Source of the DNA: a virus
Strand: one strand, 5' to 3'
Length of the DNA stretch: 57,564 nt
UHGV virus genome: UHGV-0182465
Shown here: piece by piece, positions 57,038 to 57,564 of the stretch
How positions within the stretch are numbered: the first letter of the stretch is position 1
Layout: every line of letters begins with the position of its first letter
Translations under genes and position numbers: made by a program
Notes under the pieces: generated by a model
Databases searched by the model: none
Seen by the model: the letters and a program-made list of their open reading frames with translations, nothing else
What the model was told of the DNA's origin: nothing

Positions 57038-57057
57038 TACTGTATAAACATACAGTA
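57038..57057. promoter_or_regulatory. LexA operator (SOS box) in the dinI-like promoter
   Basis: TACTGTATAAACATACAGTA is a perfect CTGT-N8-ACAG palindrome 20 bp upstream of the dinI start. Confidence 0.75.
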
Positions 57058-57564
57058 TACTTGTTAGGTGACATGTTCAAGCGTTTAATGCCACTTTTCG
57101 CTAACCCATGCTCATGTTTAGATTGATCTTTTCACCACAAAGGACGAAATCCGCAATCACAGGGATACAGTTATTTTTGTGGTGATCAACACCGTTGATA
57201 AGAAACGTTGCTACCTCAGGTGTACACTCGAATCTATTAAGATGGTCAGTACATAAGTGTCAACACCCGGTCAGATGCTTTTGTAAGTATCCCTGCAAAA
57301 CGAATCATCAATTTTTAAAGGACCTCTGACGCTCCAGATTCCGCTCTTGGCGCAGAGCGGACTGGCACGTGGAATTCACAGCACGAAGCGGGTAGATCAA
57401 GTTACTGTCTGGCTAACATCAAGCGAGGAGCAGACATTTAACCGGGCTGTGATTCAGCTCATTGTATTCTTGATCGCGAAGTTAGATTATCGATAAGGTT
57501 CAAGCAGAAACTATGATGAAACAGTTTGTTGGTTAGACCCAAATGAGATTAGAACAAGGAAAAT

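Overview
Most of this window is a lambdoid (siphovirus-type) prophage of an enterobacterium, together with two AT-rich accessory islands. Reading the minus strand from 57.5 kb down to 18.4 kb gives a complete late region. It starts with an SOS-box/dinI/nin-like module, then a Q-like antiterminator and a phage-21-type lysis cassette (pinholin with dual start, SAR endolysin, overlapped Rz/Rz1). Next come an HNH endonuclease, TerS/TerL, an HK97-like portal, S49 protease and capsid, and connector and tail genes. The tail region includes G and G-T joined by a -1 frameshift, tape measure H, M, L, K, I, a 4,198-aa J-like central tail fibre and a side tail fibre with a C-terminal chaperone domain. Between that fibre and the att-side junction lies a low-GC cargo cassette of c-di-GMP genes: a GGDEF cyclase, a PdeH-like EAL phosphodiesterase and a zinc-ribbon membrane protein. 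A 160-bp phage-type copy of the icd 3' end at 15.1-15.26 kb sits next to a convergent lambda-type int/xis pair. Beyond that, from 13.6 kb down to 6.7 kb, runs the early/immunity/replication module: an exonuclease-domain protein, an Rrf2 regulator, CI-like and Cro-like proteins, a YdaT-like protein, a DnaT-domain replication protein and a lambda P-like helicase loader. This layout is attP-like, with tail genes on one side of the icd core and int on the other. It therefore indicates either tandem icd-specific prophages or a circularly permuted phage. The left 6.4 kb is an AT-rich defence-type island. It holds a complete OLD-family ATPase/TOPRIM nuclease. Next to it is a small tyrosine recombinase pseudogene with TGA at the catalytic Arg, a frameshift and an intact IS903 insertion flanked by a 9-bp target-site duplication. 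The island also carries an uncharacterised two-gene operon, a 238-aa protein plus a 536-aa P-loop NTPase with a C-terminal helix-hairpin-helix, and that operon is the best candidate here for an undescribed defence system. Other notable items are two ~280-bp structured direct repeats in the Q-S region, a LexA DNA-binding-domain-only protein downstream of an SOS-boxed dinI, morons insulated by terminators, and a 59-aa membrane-protein gene missed by the ORF track.
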